From the human T2T-CHM13v2.0 reference genome, Homo sapiens, in NCBI RefSeq assembly GCF_009914755.1, contig NC_060940.1: a stretch of DNA of 64,000 nucleotides. The stretch is one strand, 5' to 3'. The position numbers were made by a program, and so were the translations under genes. Under the pieces are notes generated by a model. It had not been told where the DNA came from. It saw nothing but the letters and a program-made list of their open reading frames with translations, and ran no database searches. Below are positions 30,501 through 44,600 of this stretch, one piece after another. Within the stretch, counting starts at the first letter, position 1. Every line of letters starts with the position of its first letter.

Positions 30501-33500
30501 TTCCATTCTATGATTCCATTCGTTTCCATTCATTGATGATTCCACCCGATTCCATTCGATGATGATTCCATTCGATTTCATTCAATGATTCTACTCGATT
30601 CCATTCAATGATGATTCAATTCTATTCCGTTCGATGATTCCATTAGATTCCATTCTATGATGATTCCATTCGAGTCCATTCGAAGATTCCATTCGATTAC
30701 ATTCCATGACGATTCCATTGGAGTCCATTCGATGATTCCATTTGAATCCATTCGACGATGATTCCATTTGATGCTTTTCGATGATTCCATTGGATTCCAT
30801 TCGATGATGATTCCATTCGACTTGATTCGATGATTCTATTTGAGTCCATTCGCTTATTTTATTAGACTACATTCGATGATGATTCCGTTCGATGCCATTC
30901 AATGATTCCATTTGATTCCACTCAATGATGATTGCATTCGTGTCCATTCAATGATTCCATTTGGTTCCATTTGATGATGATTCCATTCGAGTCCATTCGA
31001 TGATACCATTCAATTCCATTCGATGATCATTCCATTCGAATCCATTCGATGATTCCCTTCAATTCCATTCGATGATCTTTCCATTTGATTCAATATGGTG
31101 ACTCCATTCTATTTTATTCAATGATGATTCCATTCGACTCCATTACATGATGACTCCATTCCATTCCATTCGATTGTGATTTCATTCAATTCCATTCGAA
31201 GATGATTCCATTCGAGTCCATTTGATGATTCCATTCGATTCCATTCAATGATGATTCCACTCAAATCCATTGGATGATTCCGTTCGTGTCCATTCGGTGA
31301 TTTCATTAGATTCCATTCGAGGATGATTCCATTCGATTCCATTCGAGGATTCCATTCAATTCCATTCGATGATGATTCCATTCGAGTCCATTCAATGATT
31401 CCATTGGATTCCGTTTGATAATGATTCCATTAGAGTTCATTCGATGATTCCCTTCGAGTCCATTCGATTATTCCTTTTGATTCCATTTGATGATGATTCC
31501 ATTCGATTCCATTCAATGATTCCATTCCATTCCATTCAATGATGATTCCATTCGATAATGATTACATTCGAGCCCATGTGATGATTCCATTAGATTCTAT
31601 TCAATGATGATTCCATTCGACCACATTCGATGATGGCATTCGAGTCCATTCGATGATTTCACTCGATTCCACTTGATGATGATTCCTTTTGAGTCCATTT
31701 GATGATTACATTCGAGTCCATGAGATGACTCCATTCGATTCCGTTTAATGATGATGCAATTCGAGGCTATTCGATCATCCCATTTTAGTGCATTCGGTGA
31801 TTCTCTTTTATTACATTCGATGAGGGCTCCATTCGAGTCCATTCAATGATTCCATTAGATTCCATTCGATGATGATTCCATTTGAGTCCATTCAAAGATT
31901 CCTTTCGAGTTCATTCCATAATTCTATTGGATTCCACTAGGTGATGATTCCTTTCGAGTCAATTCGATGATTCCTTTCAAGGGCCTTCAATGATTCCATT
32001 CGATTCCATTCGATGACGATTCATTTCAAGTCCATTCAATGGTTCCATTCTGTTGAATTTGATGGTTCCATTTGATTCCATTCGATGATGATTCCATTCG
32101 TGTCCATTGGACGATTCCATTCGATTCCTTTCGAGGAAGATTCCATTCGACTCCATTCGATGATTCCCTTCGATTCCATTCCATGATGATTCCATTTGAT
32201 TCCATTCCTTGATTCCATTCGATACCATTCGATGATGATTCCATTCGACTCCATTTGATGAATCCATTCAATGCTTCCTTTCGAGTCCATTCGATGATTC
32301 CATTTGATTCCATTCGATGAAGATTCCATTCGAGTACATTTGATGATTCCATTTAATTCCATAGGATGATGATTCTATTAGGGTCCGTTGACTATTCCAT
32401 TCAATTCCATTCGAAGATTCCATTCGAGTCCACTCGATGATTCTATTTGATTCCATTTGATAATTCCATTCGATTCCATTTGATTTTGAGTCCATTCGTG
32501 TCCATTCGATCATTATTACATTTGATTCTATTCGATGATTCCATTCGATTCCATTTGATGAGGATTCCATTCGAGATCATTTGATGATTGCATTCAATTC
32601 ATTTGATGATGATTCCATTCAATTCCATTGGATGATTCCAATATTTTCCATTAGATGATGATTCCATTCGATTCCATTCAATGATGATTCCATCAGATTC
32701 CATTCGATGATGACTCCTTTTGCTTCCATTCAATGATCATTACATTCGGTTACATTCGATGATGATTCCTTGGGATTCCATTCGATGATGCTTCCATTCG
32801 ATTCCATTTGATGATGATTCTTTTCGATTCCATTTGATGATGATTCCATTTGATTCCATTCGATGGTGATTCCATTTGATTCCATTTGATGTTTCCATTC
32901 GATTGTATTCGATGATGATTCCACTCGATTCTATTTGATGATGACTGCATTCGATTCCATTTGATGATTCCATTTGATTCCATTCGATGATGATTCTGAT
33001 CAATTGCATTCGATGATCCATTCGATTCCATTTGATGGTTCCATTTGATTCCATTTGATAATGATTCCTTTCGAGTCCATTCGATGATTCCATTTGCGGA
33101 TATTCGATAATTCCATTTGAGTCCAATCGATGATTCCATTCGAGAATATTCAATCATTCTTTTGGAGTCCTTTCGATAAAGATTCCATTTTAGTCCATTC
33201 AATAATTCCACTGGAGTCCATTCGATGATTGCTTTTAATTCCATTCGATGATATTCCATTCGAGTCCATTCAATGATTCCATTCGTTGCTATTAGATGAT
33301 TATTCCATTCATGACCATTTGGTGATTCCATTCGATTTCATTCGTTGATGATTCCATTCGAGTCCATTCCATGATTCCATTCAAGTCCATTTGATGATTT
33401 CTTTGAATTCAATTCGATGATGATTCCATTCGAGTCCATTCGATGATTTCATTCAGTTCCATTCGATGATGATTCCATTCGAGTCCATATGATCATTCCA

Positions 33501-35160
33501 TTTGATTTCATTCGAGGATGATTCCATTGGGTTCCATTCGATGATGATTGGATTCGATTCCATTTGATGATTTTATTTGATTCCATTCGATAATGATTTC
33601 GATCAATTCCATTCGATGATTCCATTCGATTCCATTCGATAATGATTACATCCGAGTCCATTCGATGATTCCATTTGAGCTCGTTCGATAATTCCATTTG
33701 AGTCCAATCAATGATTCCATTCATTTCCATTCAATGATTCCATTCGAGTCCATTTGATCATTCCGGTAGGGTCCGTTCGATGTTGATTCCATTGGAGTGC
33801 ATTCGATGATTCCATTCGAGTCCATTTTATGATTTGATTCGAGTCCTTTCGATGATTCCATTCGATTCCACTCGATGATTTCATTCGAGTCCATTCGACA
33901 CTTCCAATCGATTCCATTTGATGTTTCCATTCGAGTCCAATTGATGATTCCATTCAATTCCATTCGATGATGATTCCGTACGATTCCATTCTGTGATGAT
34001 TCCATGTGATTGCATTCAATGATGATTCCTTTCGATTGCATTCGATTATGATTCATTTCGTGTTCATTCTATGGTTCCACAGGTTTCCATTCGTGTCCAT
34101 TCCATTATTCCATTCTATTCCATTTGATGATGATTCCATTCGATTCCATTCATTGGTGATTCCACTCAATTCCATTCAATGATTCCATTCCATTTCTTTC
34201 AACAATGATTCCATTAGTTTCTATTCGATGATCCACTTGATTCCATTTGACGATGATTCCATTCGTGTCCATTCGATGATTCCATTTGATTCCATATGAT
34301 GATGATTCCATTCGATTCCATACGATGATGATTCCATTCGAGTCCATTCAATGGTGATTCCATTCAATTCCATTCGATGATTCCTTTCGATTCCATTCGA
34401 TGATGACGGCATTCGATTCCTTTCGATCATTCCCTTTGATTCCATTCAAAGGTGATTTCATTCAAGTCCATCCGATAATTGCATTCGATTCCATTCTATG
34501 ATGATTCCATTCGAGTCCATTTGATGATTCCATTCAATTCAAGTCAATGATGATTCCATTCGATTCCTTTCAATGATTCCATTGGATTCCATTCGATGAT
34601 GATTCCATTCAAATCCATTCGATAATTTAATTCAAGTCCATTGGATGATGATTCCAATCGAATCCACTCAAAGATTCCATTCAATTCCATTTGATGATGA
34701 TTCCCTTAGATTCCATTCGATGATTCCACTTGGTTAAATTTACGATGATTGCATTCGATTCCATGTGATGATTCCATTCAATTCTATTCAATGATGTTTC
34801 CATTTGATTCTATTCGACCATGATTGCCTTTGATTGCATTCAATGATTCCATTCGGTTCCGTTTGATGATGATTCCGTTAGATTCCATTTGATTCCATTG
34901 GATGAGTCCATTCGATTACATTCGATGATTATTCCATTTGAGTGCATTAGATGATTCCATTCGAGTCCATTCGATGATTCCATTCGATTTCATTCGATGT
35001 TGATTCTGTTCAAATCCATTCGAGGATTCCACTCGATTCCATTCGATGACTCCATTTGATCCCATTCGATGACTCCATTTGATCCCATTCGATGATTTCC
35101 TTTGCTTCCCTTTGATGATCATTCCATTTGATTCAATTCGGTGATTTCATTTGATTCCAT
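27558..35160 (+). repeat. Transitional long HOR unit 6 (7603 bp)
   Basis: Anchors at 27558 and 35161. It contains two blocks absent from units 1-5 (~30520-31240 and ~31390-33460) and lacks ~1.3 kb at ~33530. Confidence 0.85.
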
Positions 35161-37389
35161 TCAGTGATGTTTCCATTCGACTCCATTTGATGATGATTCC
35201 ATTCGACTCCATTCGATTATGATTTCATTCAATTCCATTCGATAATGATTCCCTTCGAGTCCATTCGATGATTCCATTCGATTCCATTCAACGATGATTC
35301 CACTCAAATCCATTGGATGATTCCATTCGTGTCCATTCGGTGATTTCATTAGATTCCATTCGAGGATGATTCCATTCCATTCCATTCGATGATTCCATTC
35401 AATTCCATTCGATGATGATTCCATTCGAGTCCATTCAATGATTCCATTGGATTCCGTTTGATAATTATTCCATTAGAGTTCATTCGATGATTCCCTTCGA
35501 GTCCATTCTATTATTCCTTTTGATTCCATTTGATGATGATTCCATTCAATGATTCCATTCCATTCCATTCGATGATGATTCCATTCGATAATGATTACAT
35601 TCGAGCCCATGTGATGATTCCATTCGATTCTATTCAATGATGATTCCATTCGACCACATTCGATGATGGCATTCGAGTCCATTCGACGATTTCACTCGAT
35701 TCCACTTGATGATGATTCCTTTTGAGTCCATTTGATGATTACATTCGAGTCCATGAGATGACTCCATTCGATTCCGTTTAATGATGATGCAATTCGAGGC
35801 TATTCGATCATCCCATTTTAGTGCATTCGGTGATTCTCTTTTATTACATTCGATGAGGGCTCCATTCGAGTCCATTCAATGATTCCATTAGATTCCATTC
35901 GATGATGATTCCATTTGAGTCCATTCAAAGATTCCTTTCGAGTCCATTCCATAATTCTATTGGATTCCACTAGGTGATGATTCCTTTCGAGTCAATTCGA
36001 TGATTCCTTTCAAGGGCCTTCAATGATTCCATTCGATTCCATTCGATGACGATTCATTTCAAGTCCATACAATGATTCCATTCTGTTGAATTTGATGGTT
36101 CCATTTGATTCCATTCGATGATGATTCCATTCGTGTCCATTGGACGATTCCATTCGATTCCTTTCGAGGAAGATTCCATTCGACTCCATTCGATGATTCC
36201 ATTCGATTCCATTCCATGATGATTCCATTTGATTCCATTCCATGATTCCATTCGATAACATTCGATGATGATTCCATTCGACTCCATTTGATGAATCCAT
36301 TCAATGCTTCCATTCGAGTCCATTCGAGGATTTCATTCGATTCCATTCGATGAAGATTCCATTCGAGTACATTTGATGATTCCATTTAATTCCATAGGAT
36401 GATGATTCTGTTAGGGTCCTTTGACTATTCCATTCAATTCCATTCGAAGATTGCATTCGAGTCCACTCGATGATTCTATTTGATTCCATTTGATAATTCC
36501 ATTCGATTCCATTTGATGTTGATTCCATTCCAGTCCATTCGATCATTATTACATTTGATTCTATTCGATGATTCCATTCGATTCCATTTGATGAGGATTC
36601 CATTCGAGAGCATTTGATGACTGCATTCAATTCATTTGATGATGATTCCATTCAATTCCATTGGATGATTCCAATATTTTCCATTAGATGATGATTCCAT
36701 TCGATTCTATTCAATGATGATTCCATCAGAATCCATTCGATGATGACTCCTTTTGCTTCCATTCAATGAACATTACATTCGGTTACATTCGATGATGATT
36801 CCTTTGGATTCCATTTGATGATGCTTCCATTCGATTCCATTTGATGATGATTCTTTTCGATTCCATTTGATGATGATTCCATTTGATTCCATTCGATGGT
36901 GATTCCATTTGATTCCATTTGATGATTCCATTCTTTTGTATTCGATGAGGATTCCACTCGATTCCATTTGATGATGACTGCATACGATTCCATTTGATGA
37001 TTCCATTTGATTCCATTCGATGATGATTCTGATCAATTGCATTCGATCATTCATTCGATTCCATTTTATGGTTCCATTTGATTCCATTTGATAATGATTC
37101 CTTTCGAGTCCATTCGATGATTCCATTTGCGGATATTCGATAATTCCATTTGAGTCCAATCGATGATTCCATTCGAGAATATTCAATCATTCTTTTTGAG
37201 TCCTTTCGATAAAGATTCCATTTGAGTCCATTCAATAATTCCACTGGAGTCCATTCGATGATTGCTTTTAATTCCATTCGATGATATTCCATTCGAGTCC
37301 ATTCGATGATTCCATTCGTTGCTATTAGATGATTATTCCATTCATGACAATTTGGTGATTCCATTCGATTTCATTCGTTGATGATTCCA
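35161..37389 (+). repeat. Truncated variant unit 7; 35293-37389 is a direct repeat of ~31250-33356
   Basis: ORF landmark offsets 31597->35630, 31977->36010 and 32740->36773 are all 4033 bp; junction at ~35293. Confidence 0.85.
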
Positions 37390-37409
37390 ATGGAATCCAT
37401 TGGAATCAT
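37381..37409. other. Inversion breakpoint with perfect inverted repeat (14-bp arms, 1-nt spacer)
   Basis: ATGATTCCAATGGA-A-TCCATTGGAATCAT; the strand polarity of the satellite switches at 37389/37390. Confidence 0.93.
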
Positions 37410-38338
37410 TGAATAAAATCGAATGGAATCTTCTAATGGAATCTAACGGAATAATCATCGAATGGAATCAAATGGAATCAACGAGTGGAATCGATAGCCA
37501 TAATCATTGAATAGAATCAAATGGAATCATCGTTGAATGGAATAGAATGGAATCTTTGAATAGACACGAATGGAATAATCATCAAAAGGAAAGGAATACA
37601 ATCATCAAATGGACTCGAATGTAATCATCATCAAATGAAATTGAATGGAGTCATCGAATGTCATCGAATTGAATCATCACCAAATTGAGTCGAATGGAAT
37701 CATCGAATGGAGTGAAATGGAATCATCATCGAAGGGAATGGAATAGAATCATCGAATTGACTCGAAAGAATCATCATCGAAGGGAATTGAAAGGAATTAT
37801 CAAATGGAATACAAGAGAAACATCATCAAATGGAATCGAATGGAATCATCATCGAAAGGAATCCAATGGAATAATCATCAAATGGATTCATACGGAATCA
37901 TAATCGAATGCAATTCAAACGAATCTTCATCGAAGGGAATCGAATGCAACAATCGAATGGAATCTAATGGAATCATCATCGAATGGAATCGACCGGAATC
38001 ATCGAATGGAATAGAAGAGAATCATCATTGAATGCAATCGAATGGAATCGTCAATGAATGGAATCGAATGGAATAATCAGTGAATGGATTCATACGGAAG
38101 CATCATCGAATGGAATTGAATGGAATCATCTTCGAATGGAATTGAATGGAATCGAATGGAATGATCGTTTGGACTCCAATGGAATCATCGAATGGACTTG
38201 AATGGAATCATCATTGAAAGGAATCAAGTGAAATCATCATCAGATGGAATCAAATGGAATCATCACTGAATGGAATCAAATGGAATCATCGAAGGGAAAG
38301 AGATGGAATCATCATCGAATGGAATCAAATAGAAGCAT

Positions 38339-38603
38339 TGAATGAAATCGAATGGAATCATAATAGAACAGAATTGAATAGAATCATCATCGAATGGACT
38401 CGAATGGAAACATCGTCAAATGGAATGGAAAGGAATCATCGTCGAATGGAGTCGAATGGAATCATCAATGAATGAAATCGAATGGAATCATAATAGAACA
38501 GAATTGAATACAATCATCGTCGAATGGACTCTAATGGAAACATCGTCAAATGGAATCGAAAGGAACCATCATCGAATGGAGTCGAATGGAATCATCAATG
38601 AAT
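38339..38603. repeat. 130-bp tandem duplication inside the long unit (also at ~47660-47925)
   Basis: TAATAGAACAGAATTGAATA at 38361 and 38491, and at 47682 and 47812. Confidence 0.85.
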
Positions 38604-41600
38604 GGAATCGAATGGAATCATCATAGAAAGGAATCATAGGGAATCATTGCAAGGAATCGAACTGAATCATCAAATGGCATCAAATGGAATCATCATTAAA
38701 TGGAATTGAAGGGAATCATCAAGTGGACATGAATAGAATACAAAAATGGACTCGAATGGAATCATTGAATGGAACCGAATGGAATCATCGATTGGACTTG
38801 AATGGAATCATCGTCAAGTGGAATCAGATGGAATCAACGAAGGGATTTGAATGGAATAATCGAATGAATTCGAATGGAATCCACATAGAATGGAATTGAA
38901 TTGAATCATTCAATGGACTCCAATGGAATCATCATCGAATGGAGTCAAATGAAATCATCATCACATGGAATCAAATGGAATCATCACTGAATAGAATCGA
39001 ATGGAATCATCGAATGGACTCGAATGGAATCATAGAATGGAATAGAACGGAATCATCGAATGGACTCGAATGGAATCATGGAATGGACTCGAATGGAATC
39101 ATCAACGAATGAAATCGAATGGAATCACCAAATGGTCATGAATGGAATCATCATCTAATAGCAACGAATGGAATCCTCGAATGGACTCGAATGGAAGCAT
39201 TGAATGGATTCATCAAATGGAGCCGAATGGAATCATCATCGAATGGTATCGAATGGAATCATGGAATGGAATCAAATGGAATCATCATGGAATGGAATCG
39301 AACGGAATCATCGAATGGAGTCGAATGGAATCTTCCTCGAAAGGAATCGAATGGAATCGTCCAATGGACACGAATGGAATCATCATCGAATGGAATCAAA
39401 TGGAACCATCAAATTCAACAGAATGGAACCATTGAATGGACTGGAAATGAATCGTCATCGAATGGAATCGAATGGAATCATTGAAGGCCCTTGAAAGGAA
39501 TCATCGAATTGACTCAAAAGGAATCATCACCTAGTGGAATCCAATAGAATTATCGAATGGACTCGAAAGGAATCTTTGAATGGACTCAAATGGAATCATC
39601 ATCGAATGGAATCTAATGGAATCATTGAATGGAGCCCTCATCGAATGTAATAAAAGAGAATCACCGAATGCACTAAAATGGGATGATCGAATAGCCTCGA
39701 ATTGCATCATCATTAAACGGAATCGAATGGAGTCATCTCATGGACTCGAATGTAATCATCAAATGGACTCAAAAGGAATCATCATCAAGTGGAATCGAGT
39801 GAAATCGTCGAATGGACTCGAATGCCTTCATCGAATGTGGTCGAATGGAATCATCATTGAATAGAATCGAATGGAATCATCACATGGGCTCGAATGTAAT
39901 CATTATCGAATGGAATCATCATCGAATGGAATGGAATGGAATCATTGAATGGAATCGAATGGAATCATCATCAAATGGAATCAAAAGGAATAATCGAATG
40001 GACTCGAAGGGAATCATCGAATGAACTCTAATGGAATCATTATCAAACGGAATCCAATGGAATCATTGAATGGACTCGAATGGAATCATCATCGAATGGA
40101 ATTGAATGGAATCATCGAATGGAATGGAATGGAATCATCCTCGAATGGAATCTAATGAAATCACCGAATGGACACGAATGGAATCATCCAATGGATTTGA
40201 GTGGAATCATCATTGAATGGAATCGAATGGAATCATCAAATGGACTCGAATGGAATCATCTTCGAATGGAATCGAATGAAATCACAATCGAATGGAATGG
40301 AATGGAGTCATCATGTAATGGAGTCGAATGGAATCATCATTGAATATAATAGAATGGAATCACCATATTGAATCAAATGGAAAGATCATCGAATGGAATT
40401 GAAGGGAATCATCGAATGGGAATGAAAGGAGTCATCAAATGGAATTGAGTGGAATCATCAAATCGATTCGAATGGAATGATCATCGAATGGAATTGAATG
40501 GTATCATCGAATGGACTCGAATGGAATCATCATCAAATGGAACCAAATGGAATCATCGAATGGACACGAATGCAATCATCATTGAGTGGAATCAAATGGA
40601 ATCTTTGAATGGCATCGAATGGAATCATCATCGAATGTAGTCTAATAAAATAACCGAATGGACTCAAATAGAATCATCGATTCAAGTCGAATGGAATCAT
40701 CATCGAATGGAATCCAATGGAATCATCGAATAGCATCAAATGGAATCATCGTCGAATGGATTCAAATGGAATCATCGAATGGACTCGAATGGAATCGTCA
40801 TGGAATGTAATCGAATGGAATCTTCGAATGGACTCGAATGGAATCATCATAGAATGGAATCTAATGGAATCATCGAACGGAATAGAATTGAATCAACATT
40901 GAATGCAATCGAGTAGAATCATTCAATGAAATCGAATGGAATCATCATCGAATGGAATCGGGTGGAATCATCAATGAATGGAATCGAATGGAATCATAGA
41001 ATGGAATCCAATGTAATCATCTTCGAATAGAAAACAAAGCAATCATTAAATGTACTCTAATGGAATCATCGAATGGACTCGAATGGAATCATCGTTGAAT
41101 GGAATATAATGGAATCATCGCATGCAATCGAATGGAATCATCGAATGGACTCGAATGGAATCATCATAGAATGGAATTGAAAGGAATCATCAAATGGAAT
41201 TGAATGAAATCATTGAATGGACTCAAAAGGAATCATCATCGAATGGTATTGAATGGAATCGTTGAGTTTACTCTAATGGGATAATCATTGAATGGAATTG
41301 AATGCAATCATTGAATGGAATAGAATGGAATCATCATTGAATGGAATCAAATGGAATCCTCAATGAATGGAATCGAATGGAATCATCATCGAATGGAATT
41401 GAACGGAAACATCAGCGAATGGAATCGAAAGGAATCATCATGGAATAGATTCGAATGGAATCATTGAATGGAATGGAATGGAATCATCACAGAAAGGAAT
41501 CGAAGGGAATCATCGAATGGAATCAAACGGAATCATCGAATGGAATGGAATGGAATGGAATCATCATCGAATGGACTCAAATGGAATAATCTTCGAAAGG

Positions 41601-44600
41601 AATCGAATGGAATCGAATGGAACAATGAAATGGACTCCAATGGAATCATCTAATGGAATCGAGTGGAATCATCGAATGGACTCGAATGGAATCATCATCA
41701 AATGAGATCGGATGGAATCAATGAAGGGACTCGAATGAAATCATCGAATGGACTCTAATGGAATCATCATCAAATGAAATTGAATGGGATCATCATCAAA
41801 TGTAATTGAATGGTATCATTATCAAAAGAAATCCAGTGGAATCACCAAATGGACTCGACTGTAATGATTAAATGGACTCGAATGGAATCATCAAATGGAA
41901 TCGAATGGAATCATCGAATGGACTCGAATGGAATTTTTGAATGGACTCGAATGGAGTCATTGAATGGACTCTAGTAGAAACATAATCAAATGGAATCAAA
42001 TGGAATCATCAAATGGACTCGAATGGAATCATTGGATGTACTCGAATGAAATCATCGAATGGACTCAAATGGAATCATCATCGAATGGAATCAAATGGAA
42101 TCCTCGAATAGAATCAGATGGAATCATCAAATGGAATCGAATGTAATCATCATCAAATGGAATAGAATGGAGTGATCGAATGGAATCAATGGCAATCATC
42201 ATCCACTGGAATCAAACGGAATCATTGAATGGAATCGAATGGAATCAATGTCAAGTGGAATCGAGTGGAATCATCGAAAGAAATCGAATGGAATCATTGT
42301 CGAATGGAATGCAATGGAATCAAAGAATTGAATTGAATAGAATCACCAATGAATTGAATCGAATGGAATCCTCATCGAATGGAATCGAAGGGAATCATTG
42401 GATGGGCTGAAATAGTATCATCATCTAATGGAATCATGTGGAATCATCTAAGGGACACAAATAGAATCATCATTGAATGGAATCGAATGGAATCATCTAA
42501 TGTACTCGAATGGAATCACCATTGAATAGAATAGAATGGAATCATCGAATGGAATCGAATGGAATCATCATCATATGGAATTGAGTGGAATCATCGTATG
42601 GACTCGAATGTAATCATCAGAGACTGGAATCAAATGGAATCATTAAATGGACTCTAATGGAATCATCATCGATTGGAATCGAATGGAATCATTGAATGGA
42701 CTCCAATGGAATCATCACCAAATATAATCAAAAGAAATCATCAAATGGATTCGAATAGAATCATCGAATGGACTCGAATGGAATCATCATCGAATGGAAT
42801 CAAATGGAATCATCAAATGGACTCGAATGAAATCATCATCAAACGGAATCGAATGGAATCATTGAATGGAATGGAATGGAATCATCATGGAATGGAAACG
42901 AGTGGAATCACTGAATGGACTCAAATGGGATCATCATCAAATGGAATCGAATGGAATCATCTAATGAACTTGAAAGGAATCATCATCAAATGAAGTCAAA
43001 TGGAATCACCAAATCGACATGAATGGAATCATCATTGAATAGAATCGAATGGAATGATTGAATGGGCTAGAATGGAATCATCTTTGAATGGAATCAAATG
43101 GAATCATCATCGAATGGAATCGAATGGAAATGTCAACCAATTGAATCAAATAGAATCATCATGGAATTGAATCGAATGGCTCACTGTCGAATCAAATCCA
43201 ATGGAATCATCATCGTATGGAAATGAATGGAATCATTGAATGGAATTGAATGGAATCATCATTGAATGGAATCGAATGAAATCATCAACGAATGGAATCT
43301 AATGTAATCATCATAGAATTGAAACCAATGGATTCATTAAATGGACTCGAATGGAATCATCGAATGGAATCGAATGGAATCATCATCAAATGAAGTAGAA
43401 TGCAATCATCAAATGGAATCGAATGGAATCATCATCGAATGGAATCTAATGGAATAATAGAATGAACTCGAATGGAAACATCGAATGGAGTTGAATGGAA
43501 TCATCATCGAATGAGATCGAATGGAATCATCGAATAACATCGAATGGAATCATCGTCGAATGGAGTCTAATGGAATCATCAAATGGACTCGAACGGAATC
43601 GTCATGGAATGTAATTGAATAGAATCTTCTAACAGACTCAAGTGGAATCATCATCGAATGCAAGCGAATAGAATCATCATCGAATTTAATCGAATGGAGT
43701 CATCATCATATGGAATCGAGTGGAAGCATTGAATGGGCTCAAAAGAAATCATCGGAGAATGGAATTGAATGGAATCATCAAATGGACTCGAATGGAATCA
43801 TCATCAAATGGAATCAAATGGAATCATCGAATGGACACGAATCAAATCATCGTTGAATGGAATCGAATGGAATCATCGAATGGACTCCAAGGGAATCATT
43901 AGCGAATGAAATTGAATGAAATCATAATCGAATGGAGTCGAATGGAATCATCATCGAATGGAGTCGAATGGAAACATCACTGAATGGAATCAAATGAAAT
44001 CACCGAATTGAATCAAATGGAATGATCATCAAAGGGAATCAAAGGAAATCATCGAATGGGATCAAATGGAGTCATCGAATAGAATCGAGTGGAATCATCG
44101 AATGGATTTGAACAGAATCAACATCGAATGGAATCGAATGGAATCATCGAATGGACTCGAATGGAATCATCTAATGCACTCGAATGGAATAATCATCGAA
44201 TGTAATCGAATGGACTCATCCAATGTAATCAAATGGAATCATCAAATGGAATCGAACGGAATCATCATCAAATGGAACCGTATGGAATCATTTAATGGAA
44301 TCAAAGGCAATCATGGTCGAATGGAATCAAATGGAAACATCATTGAATAGAATTGAATGGAATCATCACATGGAATCAAATGGAATCATCGTAAATGGAA
44401 TCAAGTGGAATCATCGAATGGAATCTAATGGAATCACCATCGAATGAAATTGAGTGGAATCTTTGAATGAATTCGATTGGAATCATCATCGAATGGACTT
44501 GAATTGAATTATCGAATGGATTTGAATGGAATCATCATCGAATGGAATCCAATGGAATCATCGAGTGGAATCGAATGGAATCATCATTGACTTGAATTGA

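Larger units (their letters stand above)
1..37389 (+). repeat. HSat2 (classical satellite II) array, CATTC-rich strand on +
   Basis: Continuous degenerate ATTCCATTCG ATTCCATTCG ATG(ATG) 23/26-bp units with frequent GAGTCCATTC variants and dense TCGA sites. This is the established satellite II pattern rather than HSat3, which has long CATTC runs plus CAACCCGAGT. Confidence 0.96.

Noticed and set aside
32750-33331. Longest ORF (193 aa)
   Set aside because: Low-complexity satellite translation; the homologous copies at ~36783-37364 and ~50210-50791 are interrupted by stops.
37370-37420. Mobile element insertion or terminator at the strand switch
   Set aside because: Both sides match satellite parent copies up to the join; no foreign sequence, target-site duplication or poly(A)/poly(T) tract.
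39531-39713. Counter-strand 60-aa ORF MMMQFEAIRSS (repeated at 51591-51773)
   Set aside because: Chance stop-free stretch of the CATTC strand, conserved only because the DNA unit is duplicated.
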